In this document: positions 29,002 to 38,577 of the stretch, piece by piece
Numbering within the stretch: position 1 is the first letter of the stretch
Layout of the letters: every line of letters begins with the position of its first letter
Translations under genes and position numbers: made by a program
Notes under the pieces: model-generated
Told to the model about the DNA's origin: nothing
Database searches by the model: none
The model's input: only the letters and a program-made list of their open reading frames with translations
Origin: an uncultured Gammaproteobacteria bacterium
Lineage (GTDB): Bacteria > Patescibacteriota > Patescibacteriia > UBA9934
Assembly: GCA_964401485.1 (NCBI GenBank)
Contig: CAYNYL010000002.1
Span: 36,452-100,451 of the forward strand
Reading direction: 5' to 3'
DNA length: 64,000 nucleotides

Positions 29002-31837
29002 AGATGTCTTTGAATGGGCAGGATCCGCACGTAAACGCGCTCGGGGTTGCGTTAAAGTTTGAAGCGAGGAGATCCTCGATCGCTTCCTTTGTTCCCTCCT
29101 CGAATTTTACCATGTCCTTCTCGGTTGCGGTAAAGCTTACCCGCGTTCCATTTTCGAGATAGTAGTACGTTAATTTTTTAACGTTTAGGGGTGGATTAAA
29201 GCATGCGTTCGCCGCATACTTATAAAGAAGTAGTTGTTTTTTGTCTTCCGGTTCAAGTTTTTCCTTTGGCTTTCCCGTCTTGTAATCGATAATCTCGACG
29301 CCGTCCTCGAAGCTATCGATTCGGTCGATTCGTCCCGCGATTTTCACCGTTCCGAACTTAAAACTAAACGGTTGTTCGAGATAGAGAACTTTCTCCGACT
29401 GCTCCTTGCATTTATCGTAAAAATCTTTGAGCATGACCCGCCCCTTCTCTCGAAACTCTTCTTTCTTCGCTTCATCCGGATACCACTCGTCGATAAATTG
29501 CTCGTCGTAGATTCGTAGGAGATCGTCGTAGGTCGGAAGCGTCGTGTCTTTTGCCGATTCGAAGTAGCGTTGTACGGTATTGTGCATCGTTGTTCCGAAG
29601 CTTTGGTTGTGGGTTCCGTAAATCGGAATGCGGAGAATGTGGCGGTAGCGATATTTTAGCGGACAGTCGGAGAAATCTTTGAGCGATGTAATACTGACCG
29701 ACTTAATTTCCGTTCCCTTAAGTTCATGTTTCGCTACCGGTGGCGACTCGCGCTCTTCAAACGCATTAAGCGACGCCAGTGTCTCGAGCTCCATCTTCAT
29801 TTCTTCAAAGAACTTCGACGGTTTTTTCTTTCGCGCTCCCCCATAGCTCTCGCTTGCGAGAAGATAGGCGCCGATTTTTGCGCGGGTAAGGGCGACATAA
29901 AAGAGTCGGCGTTCTTCCGAGGTTTGGTTATTTGCCTCTTCGTACGGATCCACGTTTAGTCCAGAGGGAAGCGGGAGGGCGTCGGCTTTCGCGCGCGAAG
30001 GGAAGCGCTGATCGACGAGGCTAATGATAAAGACATATTTAAACTCGAGTCCCTTCGAGCTGTGGACCGTCATAACGCTTACGACGTCCGGACCGCTTTC
30101 GATATCTGCTTGGAGCATTCCGGTTTCGCCCGCCTCGCGTTCATGAACAAATTCCGCAAGGAAGGTGTGGAGAAGTCCGTCGTCGCTCGTTTCCTCAAAT
30201 TTCTTTAGACGGGTGTGGAACTGGTTAAGGAGTCCGATTGCTTCTTTTTGTTCCTCGTCGCCCTTCCCCGTCGCGAGCGTAAGGAGTCCGCTTTCGTTAA
30301 TAATATCGATAAAGAGCGCGCTCACATTTTTGCGCTTTGCGAGTTCGTGAAGCCTCTCGATTCCTGCTTCAATTTCGCGAATACGAAGAAGACTTGATTC
30401 GCTAATCCCCTGGATACTTCCGACGAGCTTCATCGCCTTCACGAGCGGAAGCCCCTTCTTTTTCGCAAACATCGTAATTTCGTGGAGATCCCGGGCGTCG
30501 ATTCCAAGTTCCGGGTGTGAAAAGATTCGGTAGTAGGACGTATCATCTTGCGATTGATCGACCGCGCGAAGGTACGCAAGCGCGTCGACGATCAGCGGCT
30601 TAAGGTAGAGGCCGTCTTGGGCGAGGTAGCGGTACGGGACGCGAAGCGCCTCAAAGCGCGAGACAACCGGCGAGGTCGCGTTGTGTGAGCGACTAAGAAT
30701 TGCAATGTCGCGGTAATCCGCCTCCCCGGCCGAAACGAGATCAACGATCGTCTTTACGATAAAATCAACCTCGTCGTCCTCTGTGGCGAACTGAATTCCA
30801 CGCACAAATCCCCCCGTTCCCTTTTCGGAGTGGAGGCGTTTATCGATCGCTTGCTGGACCTCAAGACGGTGTGGGTTGTTCGCTTGGATAAAGTTGTAGG
30901 CTGTGTCGAGAACCTCGCTATGCGAGCGGTAGTTGCGGTTGAGGACAACGGCGGTTGCGCCTTCAAAGTCCGTTTTGAATTGCAAAATATTTCCAAGTGA
31001 CGCTCCGCGGAAATGATAAATCGCCTGATCGTCGTCTCCAACGATCGTGACATTCTTCCGCTTCCCCGCAAGGAGCTTCACGAGTTCGTACTGACCCTTA
31101 TTCGTATCTTGGAACTCGTCAACTAAAATATACTTAAATTGTTCTTGATATTTCTTTAAAACATTTGGTCGTTTTTGTAAGAGCTCCACCGTGTAGTAAA
31201 CAAGATCGCCAAAATCGTAGGCGTGGTTATCGACAAGAAGTTGTTGGTAGGTTTTGTAGGCGTTTGCGAGCTCGAGAATCCGTTCGGCCTCCACCTTGTC
31301 CGCTTCTTCTTTTGCATTTTCCGCAAGTTTCGTCGCGTAAGCGATGTAAGCCTCTGGAGTAATAAGTTCGTCTTTCGCTCGAGAAAAATGACCAATAAGA
31401 TCATTAATAAAGCGCGTTGGATTTCCGCGTTGCGCGTAGTAGTTGAAATTAAACCGATCGAAGTTTCGGCGGATTAAAAGAAGAGTATCGACGCCGTTAA
31501 GAAGCGAGCAATTTGCCGGAAGACCGATATCCGGTCCATGCTCGCGAAGGATTTTTTCGGCGAAAGAATGGAATGTCGAGATCCAAAGATCGACGTAGCC
31601 GATCGGAAGAAGAAGGTCGACCCGCTCCTCCATCTCGTTTGCCGCCTTGTCCGTAAAGGTGAGCGCCAAAACTTCGTCGGGTTTCGCGAGCGCCTGCTCG
31701 ATAAGCCAGGCAATTCGGTGCGTAATCACGGTCGTTTTCCCCGTTCCCGCCCCCGCGATAATCATAAGCGGACCTTCGCGGTGGACGACGGCCTGATACT
31801 GTTCCGGGTTGAGATTTTCAAGCAAATTTTGCGACAT
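28982..31837 (-). CDS. UvrD/PcrA-family helicase fused to C-terminal PD-(D/E)XK nuclease
   Basis: AGAGTGKT, VDEFQD, GDDDQAIY, TVHSSKGLEF, EERRLFYVALTRA; C-terminal GRIDRID, IIDYKTG, and Cys set CPLKY...CGSCPFKDIC. Confidence 0.93.
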   Translation of the reverse strand: MSQNLLENLNPEQYQAVVHREGPLMIIAGAGTGKTTVITHRIAWLIEQALAKPDEVLALTFTDKAANEMEERVDLLLPIGYVDLWISTFHSFAEKILREHGPDIGLPANCSLLNGVDTLLLIRRNFDRFNFNYYAQRGNPTRFINDLIGHFSRAKDELITPEAYIAYATKLAENAKEEADKVEAERILELANAYKTYQQLLVDNHAYDFGDLVYYTVELLQKRPNVLKKYQEQFKYILVDEFQDTNKGQYELVKLLAGKRKNVTIVGDDDQAIYHFRGASLGNILQFKTDFEGATAVVLNRNYRSHSEVLDTAYNFIQANNPHRLEVQQAIDKRLHSEKGTGGFVRGIQFATEDDEVDFIVKTIVDLVSAGEADYRDIAILSRSHNATSPVVSRFEALRVPYRYLAQDGLYLKPLIVDALAYLRAVDQSQDDTSYYRIFSHPELGIDARDLHEITMFAKKKGLPLVKAMKLVGSIQGISESSLLRIREIEAGIERLHELAKRKNVSALFIDIINESGLLTLATGKGDEEQKEAIGLLNQFHTRLKKFEETSDDGLLHTFLAEFVHEREAGETGMLQADIESGPDVVSVMTVHSSKGLEFKYVFIISLVDQRFPSRAKADALPLPSGLNVDPYEEANNQTSEERRLFYVALTRAKIGAYLLASESYGGARKKKPSKFFEEMKMELETLASLNAFEERESPPVAKHELKGTEIKSVSITSLKDFSDCPLKYRYRHILRIPIYGTHNQSFGTTMHNTVQRYFESAKDTTLPTYDDLLRIYDEQFIDEWYPDEAKKEEFREKGRVMLKDFYDKCKEQSEKVLYLEQPFSFKFGTVKIAGRIDRIDSFEDGVEIIDYKTGKPKEKLEPEDKKQLLLYKYAANACFNPPLNVKKLTYYYLENGTRVSFTATEKDMVKFEEGTKEAIEDLLASNFNATPSAFTCGSCPFKDICEFSEA

Positions 31838-31849
31838 ATTGGCTATGCG

Positions 31850-31877
31850 TTGACAATTTCAGCATTTAGAGTAAAGT
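31850..31877 (+). promoter_or_regulatory. Sigma70-like promoter pointing into non-coding region
   Basis: TTGACA-16 bp-TAAAGT, divergent from the helicase gene. Confidence 0.55.
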
Positions 31878-31884
31878 GACCTGC

Positions 31885-32110
31885 ATTGCTGGTGGCGGTT
31901 CTTCGGAGAGAGGATTGTTCGCCCTCTTAAGGTCAAGACGTCGGGCGAAGTCGTCTACTTGAGCCCCCGGACTTCCTCGTTCGTGACCTGCTGCCACCAG
32001 CATCACTTTTCCTTCGCGCAAGCGTCGGACTCGCCTCTTGGAAAAACAGTTTGCCATAAATCGGAATTCTCCGGTCCCAACTTCCTGGCAGACAAGTTAC
32101 CCAAGAGGCG
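31885..32110 (+). ncRNA. Candidate structured non-coding RNA (family unassigned)
   Basis: Stem 31887-31898 with 31991-32002; stem 32032-32041 with 32101-32110 plus nested helices; upstream promoter; no credible ORF. Confidence 0.55.
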
Positions 32111-32113
32111 TTT

Positions 32114-32968
32114 CTATTTTAGGCCAAAAACCGTTTCCGCATTTCGTGTCGTCGCTTCCGCTACCTCCTTAAGGGGTAGCGATTTTAGTTCTGCGATTTT
32201 TTCGACGATGAACCGAACATTTGTCGGGTCATTGCGCTTTCCGCGATTTGGCGGTGGCGTGAGATATGGCGAATCCGTTTCGACAACGAGTTGCTCGAAC
32301 GGGGTTTCTTTTACGACCGCTTGAAGCTCTTTCGAGAAAAAGAGAATGCCATTGATTCCGAGTTTGAAACCGATCGAGTCGTAGCGCTTTGCGTCTTCGA
32401 GCGTTCCTGTGAACGAGTGGATGACTCCACGCTTCTTTAGTCCGCCCGCGTCGATCACCTCTTTTAACAGAACGAACTGATCGTCGTGTGCGTCGCGACA
32501 ATGAATCACGATAGGCTTCTCATATTCGCTCGCGAACAAAAGTTGCTTTTTACACTCCGCTTGTTGATCCGCCTTAAGTCGCGCAAGGTCAACGTTTGGC
32601 GGAAGACGATAATAGTCGAGCCCGAACTCGCCGATCGCAACGACTTTCGGATGCGTAACGAGCGTTTTGTAGTACTCGGGATCAAAATGTTCACTTCGGG
32701 TTTTAATCGCACCGACCTCCCGCTTTTCGGGCGGAAGTTCATTGTCATCAAAGAATTCTTGCTTGTGTACATGGTTTGGGTGGAGCCCGATCGTTGCCCA
32801 AACGCCATCGTATTTTTCCGCGAGGAGAATTCCGTTTGCCGACGTTGTCGATTGCGTTCCAACCGTAATCATCTGCACACCCGCTTCGAGCGAACGTTTA
32901 ACGACCTCGTCCATGTCGTCTTTGTACGCTTGGAAATGAACGTGGCAGTGCGTGTCGATTAAACGCAT
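32114..32968 (-). CDS. tatD: TatD family DNase
   Basis: IDTHCH, GLHP, AIGEFGLDY, IHCRDA, ETDSPY. Confidence 0.94.
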   Translation of the reverse strand: MRLIDTHCHVHFQAYKDDMDEVVKRSLEAGVQMITVGTQSTTSANGILLAEKYDGVWATIGLHPNHVHKQEFFDDNELPPEKREVGAIKTRSEHFDPEYYKTLVTHPKVVAIGEFGLDYYRLPPNVDLARLKADQQAECKKQLLFASEYEKPIVIHCRDAHDDQFVLLKEVIDAGGLKKRGVIHSFTGTLEDAKRYDSIGFKLGINGILFFSKELQAVVKETPFEQLVVETDSPYLTPPPNRGKRNDPTNVRFIVEKIAELKSLPLKEVAEATTRNAETVFGLK

Positions 32969-32969
32969 A

Positions 32970-34427
32970 TTATTGATCTCGGCGTGGGAAAAGGCCTGGA
33001 ATAATAGCAACCGTTCCATCTTCTTTGTAGCTCTCGAGGATTTTGGCCGATGCTTCCGGAAGTGCTGGGGCGAGCGAGCGTCCAATAAATCGAATCATTT
33101 CCGCGACTTCGGAGAGCACACGTTTTGCCTCCGCTTCATCCGTCTTTACGAGTTTGAACGGGGCTTTTTTATCGATGACTTCGTTTGCCGCGTCACAGGC
33201 TTCGAAGACGTAGTCGAGATAGGCCTTGAAGTTATAGTCGTCGATCGCATTATCAAGGTGTGTTTCTTGTTCGCTCCAGTTGACCGAGATCCGATCAAGT
33301 TTTCCTTCGAAATATTTATTCGCCATTGCCGAAACGCGCGAAACAAGATTGCCGAGACGGTTTGCGAGTTCTGCGTAACGCTCCTCCATTCGAGCATCCG
33401 AATAATCTCCATCGTCTGTCGATGGAATTTCGCGAAGAAGGTAGTAGCGCGTTGCGTCCGTTCCGTAGGTGTCGACGGTCGTGAATGGGTTAATGACATT
33501 CCCGAGAGATTTCGACATCTTTTCGCCTCCCGCCGTAATGTAACCATGGACGAACAATTCGTCCGGAAGCGGAAGGCCTGCGGAAAGGAGCATTCCAATC
33601 CAGTAAATAGCGTGGAATCGTGTGATCCCCTTTCCGATTACGTGCACCCGTTTCGCGTCAGCACTATTCCAAAACTCTGAGAAGAGCTTACCGTCGTCCG
33701 CGTAATCGAGCGCGTTCAAGTAGTTTGAAAGCGCATCAAACCAAACGTACATCGTTTGGGTCGCGTCCCCTGGTACGGGCACGCCGAAATGTCCCGCACG
33801 TTCGTTACTTCGTGAGACCGAAAAATCCTCGAGACCGTTTTTAATAAACGCGAGCATTTCATTCTTTCGCGCATCCGGAACGATTCGAAGTTCGTTTGAC
33901 GCGATAAGGCGTTCAATCGTTTTTTCGTATTTAGAAAGTTTGAAGAAATAGTTTTCTTCTTTGATTTTTTCGAGGGGCTTTTTGTGTTCTGGGCAGATCC
34001 CGTCTGGAACTTCTTTTTCGGTGTAGAACATTTCACAGCCAACGCAGTAGAGGCCCTCGTATTCTTTTTTATAAAAATCCTCTGGGTTGCAGGCCTGCCA
34101 AAGTTTCTGCGCGCCTCGCATGTGACGATCCTCGCGCGTACGAATGAACGCGTTGAAGTCTGCGTTGAGTTTTTCAAGAAGGGTTTTGAAAATTCCTGCC
34201 TTTTCTTCGACAAACGCTTCAACGGGAATGCCTGCCGTTTCGGCGGAACGCACGTTTTTTAAGCTGTTTTCATCTGTTCCGGTTGTTGCAAAAACTGTCT
34301 CACGTCCAAGCTTCGCTCGGTTGTATCTCGCGAGAAAATCGGTTTGAACAAGTTCAAGCGCGAATCCGATATGTGGGTCGGCGTTTACGTAAGGAATCGC
34401 GGTTGAAAGAAAGAGTCGGTTTTTCAT
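32970..34427 (-). CDS. metG: Methionine--tRNA ligase
   Basis: PYVN...HIGF, YVWFDAL, KMSKS. Confidence 0.96.
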   Translation of the reverse strand: MKNRLFLSTAIPYVNADPHIGFALELVQTDFLARYNRAKLGRETVFATTGTDENSLKNVRSAETAGIPVEAFVEEKAGIFKTLLEKLNADFNAFIRTREDRHMRGAQKLWQACNPEDFYKKEYEGLYCVGCEMFYTEKEVPDGICPEHKKPLEKIKEENYFFKLSKYEKTIERLIASNELRIVPDARKNEMLAFIKNGLEDFSVSRSNERAGHFGVPVPGDATQTMYVWFDALSNYLNALDYADDGKLFSEFWNSADAKRVHVIGKGITRFHAIYWIGMLLSAGLPLPDELFVHGYITAGGEKMSKSLGNVINPFTTVDTYGTDATRYYLLREIPSTDDGDYSDARMEERYAELANRLGNLVSRVSAMANKYFEGKLDRISVNWSEQETHLDNAIDDYNFKAYLDYVFEACDAANEVIDKKAPFKLVKTDEAEAKRVLSEVAEMIRFIGRSLAPALPEASAKILESYKEDGTVAIIPGLFPRRDQ

Positions 34428-35089
34428 AGGTGCCAATTTAGTGGGGCGAGGACGACGACGTACTCCCCTTTTTGACTTGTTGCCGTTAGTTGGTTCATGA
34501 CCTCAGTGACCGTTCCGAAATAATGCGTTTCGTGCATTTTTGTCAGCTCTCGAGCAAGAAAACAGTAGCGGTCCGGTTGAAGTTCCGCGAGCGTTTTTTC
34601 GATTCGGTGCTTACTTTCGAAAAAGGCGACGGTCTCTTCGAGCTTTGCGACTTCTGCGAAGTAGGTTTTGCGTCCATTTTTTTGCGGTGGAAATCCGAGG
34701 AAGGTGAAGCGATTTGTCGGGAAGCCCGCAACGGAGAGAGCCGTCGTGAGCGCCGAGGCTCCCGGAATGCCAATGACCGTGATTCCCATTTTTCTCGCAA
34801 GCGCAACAACTTTTCCGCCAGGGTCCGAAATTGCCGGGGTTCCCGCATCGCTTACATAGGCGAGGTCCCCGTCGATCTCGAGAAATGCCGTGAGGACGTT
34901 TTCTTCCGAATGTTCGTGGATCGAAACGAGCTTCGTTTTTGAATTGAATGAATCAAGCAACTTCTTTGTTACTCGGGTATCCTCTGCTCCGATCGCCGAA
35001 ACGCGCGACAAAACGTCGCGCGCTCGGTCGCTTAGGTCCGAAAGATTGCCAATCGGGGTCGCTACAATGTAGAGGGTTTTATTCGACAT
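34424..35089 (-). CDS. rsmI: 16S rRNA C1402 2'-O-methyltransferase
   Basis: LYIVATPIGN, AEDTR, SDAGTPAISDPG, RELTKMHE. Confidence 0.95.
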   Translation of the reverse strand: MSNKTLYIVATPIGNLSDLSDRARDVLSRVSAIGAEDTRVTKKLLDSFNSKTKLVSIHEHSEENVLTAFLEIDGDLAYVSDAGTPAISDPGGKVVALARKMGITVIGIPGASALTTALSVAGFPTNRFTFLGFPPQKNGRKTYFAEVAKLEETVAFFESKHRIEKTLAELQPDRYCFLARELTKMHETHYFGTVTEVMNQLTATSQKGEYVVVLAPLNWHL

Positions 35090-36227
35090 GTGCGCGGTCA
35101 ACGGCGTCGAGGTGTCCGATTGTTGTGGTTGGGTTTTGTGCGTACCAAGAGAACCAGAAGTGTTCAGATGTTGGGATGAGTTCGAGTTGCTTTCCTTGGA
35201 GTTTTCCGGAAATGCCGATTCCGGTTGGGCTCCAGCGCGTGCCGGTTTCCTTGTCGGTGATTCGGTTGTTTGGACGATCGTATTCGAATGTAAGAGTTTG
35301 ACCGTCGATGATAGCCTTAAAGACGTGAATCACTTCCGTTTCATTGTCGTAGGTGGCGACAATCGGTGTTCCGTCGACAAGCCCATTGAATACATTAAAT
35401 CCTTTCTCGATTTCTTTTGCGAACGCGACCGCCTCTTCGCCAAGTCGTACACCAACAACGACCCACTTCGCGTTCCCGATCCGTTTATCATCCATCTTGT
35501 TCAACGGGAAGTAAATCGTCTTTGCAGTATCGTAGGTTGAGTACGGATGTCTCGTGTAATCGCGAACAACTCCCGTTTCCGTTGAGAGGGCCGTACCTGT
35601 TGGATAGAGCGATTTGAAATTATCCCAAGACATGACTGTCGAAGGAAGTTGCGTTAACGTTTTTCCAATAAGGGCTCCCGAAATAGCCGTATTTTTTCCT
35701 ACAAGCCACTCACTTCCCGTTTCCTTGTCGGTAACGATTGGAGCGTTGTTATATACGGTGTTCGTGTGCTCAAACGTAAGCGCTTGACTGTCAACCGTTC
35801 GGAGGTAGGCTCCGGAATTACCCGTGAGGGTTGAGGAGAGAATGACTCGGTCGCCGTCATTAACGATCTCGTGCCAGTTAAGGATTTGATAGGAGTAAAA
35901 CTTCGCCGAACCATTCGAATTTACCACCACGAGTCCAGGGACTTCGTCGGCAAGATAGCGATCAGCTTCTGCGATTGAGTCAAAAATTGGGGTATTGATC
36001 GCTCCGCGCTGATCGAGCGTGAGTCCCGTCTCAAAACGCTCGCGTGGAGGGATGAGGTACTCTTTTCCATCCATGGACAAAGGCTTTACAAGAAGTCCAT
36101 TATCTCCGATTTCCGCCGTTCCAAATCGTTTCTCAAAGTTTCCCGATTGGACCCCGCGTACCCCGAAGAAAATGGCTACGAGAACAAGGAAAATACCTCC
36201 GGAAAGAACCCATGTCGAATATTTCAT
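35079..36227 (-). CDS. DUF3179-like membrane-anchored protein
   Basis: N-terminal TM; ILNWHEIVND, DKETGSEW, DKETGTRW, HFWFSW. Confidence 0.8.
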   Translation of the reverse strand: MKYSTWVLSGGIFLVLVAIFFGVRGVQSGNFEKRFGTAEIGDNGLLVKPLSMDGKEYLIPPRERFETGLTLDQRGAINTPIFDSIAEADRYLADEVPGLVVVNSNGSAKFYSYQILNWHEIVNDGDRVILSSTLTGNSGAYLRTVDSQALTFEHTNTVYNNAPIVTDKETGSEWLVGKNTAISGALIGKTLTQLPSTVMSWDNFKSLYPTGTALSTETGVVRDYTRHPYSTYDTAKTIYFPLNKMDDKRIGNAKWVVVGVRLGEEAVAFAKEIEKGFNVFNGLVDGTPIVATYDNETEVIHVFKAIIDGQTLTFEYDRPNNRITDKETGTRWSPTGIGISGKLQGKQLELIPTSEHFWFSWYAQNPTTTIGHLDAVDRAHVE

Positions 36228-36306
36228 AGATAGGTAGAATGTAACAAAAAACATGGATTTTGCAAAATCTAACGGAGTCGTTACAATGAAAGTCCTAACA
36301 ACCACT

Positions 36307-36837
36307 ATGATTTATCTAGGAAAACCCGCACCAGATTTTACGAACGTGCTCGCTTATAAAAAAGGAGAGTCGGATTTCGTAAAGATTAACTTGGCCGATT
36401 ATAAAGGGTCATGGCTCGTCTTTTTCTTCTATCCGCGCGACTTTACGTTCGTTTGCCCAACTGAAATTCGTGGATTTGCGAAGATGGAAAAGGAGTTTGC
36501 GGAGCATGGAGCGAAAATTCTCGCCGCTTCGACTGACTCACACTGGTCGCACAAGAATTGGTTCGAGCGTGATTTGCAAGAAGTGACCTACCCTGTCCTT
36601 GCCGACACAACGCAGTCGATCTCGCGCGCGTACGGGGTGCTTAATCCAGAAGACGGCTCGAGCGAGCGTGGACTCTTCATTATCGATCCGGAAGGTATCG
36701 TTAAGTACGTGGTCATTTCTTCCGGTTCCGTCGGCCGTTCGGTAAAGGAAACCCTCCGCGTTCTTAAAGCGCTTCAGTCTGGCGACCTCTGCCCTATTGA
36801 TTGGGACGAGGGTGGCGAGACACTTGGAAAGGCCTAA
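36307..36837 (+). CDS. ahpC: 2-Cys peroxiredoxin (AhpC/TSA)
   Basis: FFYPRDFTFVCPTE; resolving CPIDW. Confidence 0.9.
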   Translation: MIYLGKPAPDFTNVLAYKKGESDFVKINLADYKGSWLVFFFYPRDFTFVCPTEIRGFAKMEKEFAEHGAKILAASTDSHWSHKNWFERDLQEVTYPVLADTTQSISRAYGVLNPEDGSSERGLFIIDPEGIVKYVVISSGSVGRSVKETLRVLKALQSGDLCPIDWDEGGETLGKA

Positions 36838-36840
36838 CAA

Positions 36841-36870
36841 AAAAACACCCGCTTAGCGCGGGTGTTTTGT
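36841..36870. terminator. Bidirectional terminator
   Basis: AAAACACCCGC-ttagc-GCGGGTGTTTT between convergent genes. Confidence 0.8.
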
Positions 36871-36885
36871 TTAGGCGTTCGTCTA

Positions 36886-38376
36886 TTATTTTAATGATTG
36901 GATAAACTCAAGGAGTGTCGTGATCCCGTAGCCTGTTCCGCCGAGACCGATATAGCTCGCGAGGGGCTTTTCGGCGAAGGCGGGACCAGCGATATCGAGG
37001 TGGGCCCAGGCTTGACCGTCGTTAATGAATTCCTCAATAAAGAGGCCGGCGGTCAGAGTTCCGCCATAAGGGGTCTTTGAGATATTTTTGAGATCAGCGA
37101 TAGGTGACTTCATTAAATCTTTGTAACGCTTTTCGAGCGGGAGTTCCCAAAGTTTTTCGCCAGCTGTTTTTGCAGAAGCGAGGAGCGCTTTATTAAACGA
37201 CGGCGTGTTTCCCATAAGTCCCGCAATTTCTTCTCCGAGGGCGACGACGCAGGCGCCGGTGAGCGTTGCGAGATCGATTAGGTAATCCGGAGATTCTTTT
37301 TGCGCGTACCATAGCGCGTCGGCGAGCGTAAGGCGACCTTCCGCATCGGTATTAAGGATTTCGATTGTCTTTCCATTCGCTGATTTTACGATATCACCCG
37401 GACGGATCGCTTTTCCGGACGGCATGTTTTCGGTCGCGGCGATGTATCCGTGTACTTCGACGTTTGGCTTCGTTTCAGCGAGGATACGGAAGAGTCCGAG
37501 AACCGTTGCCGAACCCGCCATGTCACACTTCATCGTTTCCATTCCCTGCCCCGGTTTCAGCGATAATCCACCCGAATCGAAGGTGACTCCTTTTCCAACG
37601 ACGCCAACTTTTTTCTTTGCGCGTTTTGGTTTATAGACGAGGTGGATGAATTTCGGTGGTTCGTCGGAGCCTTGCGAGACGGCGAGGTAGGAGCCCATCC
37701 CCTGCTTTTCGGCCCACGCCTTATCGTAGACGTTCGCGGTGATCTCGGGGGCGAGTTTCGCGATCGCTTTTGCGTGTTCCGCAAGAACGGTTGGGGTCAT
37801 GTCCTTTGCGGGGGTATTTACGAGATCTCTCGCGAGCGAAACTCCGGCGACGAGAGGATTCGCCGTAAGCGCTTGTTTCTCGAGTTTTGACGCGAGCGCT
37901 TTGTCTTCAACGAGAACCGTGATTTGCTCAAGATGTCGCCCCTCACGTTTTTTGTAAGCGTTAAACGTATAGTTTGCGAGACGCGCGCCCGTTGAAAATG
38001 GAATGCTAAACTCCGCCTTCAGTTTTTTCAGAAATTGTGAGGCGACCGGGAAGACAGCGTGGTGTGCGTGCGCCCGTTCACTTGCGTGTACGACGTGACC
38101 CGCGAGTTCGCGTACCGCGTTCGCGTTAAACTGCTTTTCATCCCCTGCCCCGATCAGCATGAGCGTTGACGCCTCGTGGTGTGGGTGTGAAACGGCAAGG
38201 GTTTGCCCGAGTTTCCCCGTGAATTTCACCCGTTCCGCCCGCGCTTCAAGTCCTGGAAAATGCACGGAAAGAAGTTTTCCATAGGTTCCCGCAAAGAGTT
38301 TTCCCTCAAAAACCGGAACAATCGTTAATTCCGCAGGATGTTCAAAGGTATAGCCATGTTTATAGGAGATGTGCAT
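36886..38376 (-). CDS. pepA: Leucyl aminopeptidase (M17)
   Basis: GKGVTFDSGG, MKCDMAG, NTDAEGRL, HLDIAG. Confidence 0.95.
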   Translation of the reverse strand: MHISYKHGYTFEHPAELTIVPVFEGKLFAGTYGKLLSVHFPGLEARAERVKFTGKLGQTLAVSHPHHEASTLMLIGAGDEKQFNANAVRELAGHVVHASERAHAHHAVFPVASQFLKKLKAEFSIPFSTGARLANYTFNAYKKREGRHLEQITVLVEDKALASKLEKQALTANPLVAGVSLARDLVNTPAKDMTPTVLAEHAKAIAKLAPEITANVYDKAWAEKQGMGSYLAVSQGSDEPPKFIHLVYKPKRAKKKVGVVGKGVTFDSGGLSLKPGQGMETMKCDMAGSATVLGLFRILAETKPNVEVHGYIAATENMPSGKAIRPGDIVKSANGKTIEILNTDAEGRLTLADALWYAQKESPDYLIDLATLTGACVVALGEEIAGLMGNTPSFNKALLASAKTAGEKLWELPLEKRYKDLMKSPIADLKNISKTPYGGTLTAGLFIEEFINDGQAWAHLDIAGPAFAEKPLASYIGLGGTGYGITTLLEFIQSLK

Positions 38377-38380
38377 AGGT

Positions 38381-38409
38381 TTGACGATATTCTCTATCTT
38401 TGCTATAGT
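38381..38409 (+). promoter_or_regulatory. Sigma70 promoter of small basic peptide gene
   Basis: TTGACG-17 bp-TATAGT with extended TG. Confidence 0.75.
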
Positions 38410-38427
38410 TTCGGATATTTTACAAGT

Positions 38428-38550
38428 ATGCCATCACGACAACACCTCAATCGTAAGAAGCAACGCGCAGCGACAGCGGAAAAACGCGTAGTAGCTGCCC
38501 GCCTCCGACGAAAGAACAAGGCCAAGCGTCTTGCCAAAGCGGAAAAATAA
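38428..38550 (+). CDS. 40-aa highly basic peptide
   Basis: MPSRQHLNRKKQRAATAEKRVVAARLRRKNKAKRLAKAEK; own promoter and downstream hairpin ACAGGTA-ttatc-TACCTGT-T tract. Confidence 0.7.
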   Translation: MPSRQHLNRKKQRAATAEKRVVAARLRRKNKAKRLAKAEK

Positions 38551-38577
38551 CAGGTATTATCTACCTGTTTTTTCTTT

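Noticed and set aside
31966-31979. Minus-strand GAGGAAGTCCGGG resembling the RNase P RNA 5' motif
   Set aside because: One A short of GAGGAAAGUCC, no matching 3' conserved region, too little room, and the promoter and G-U pairs favour the other strand.
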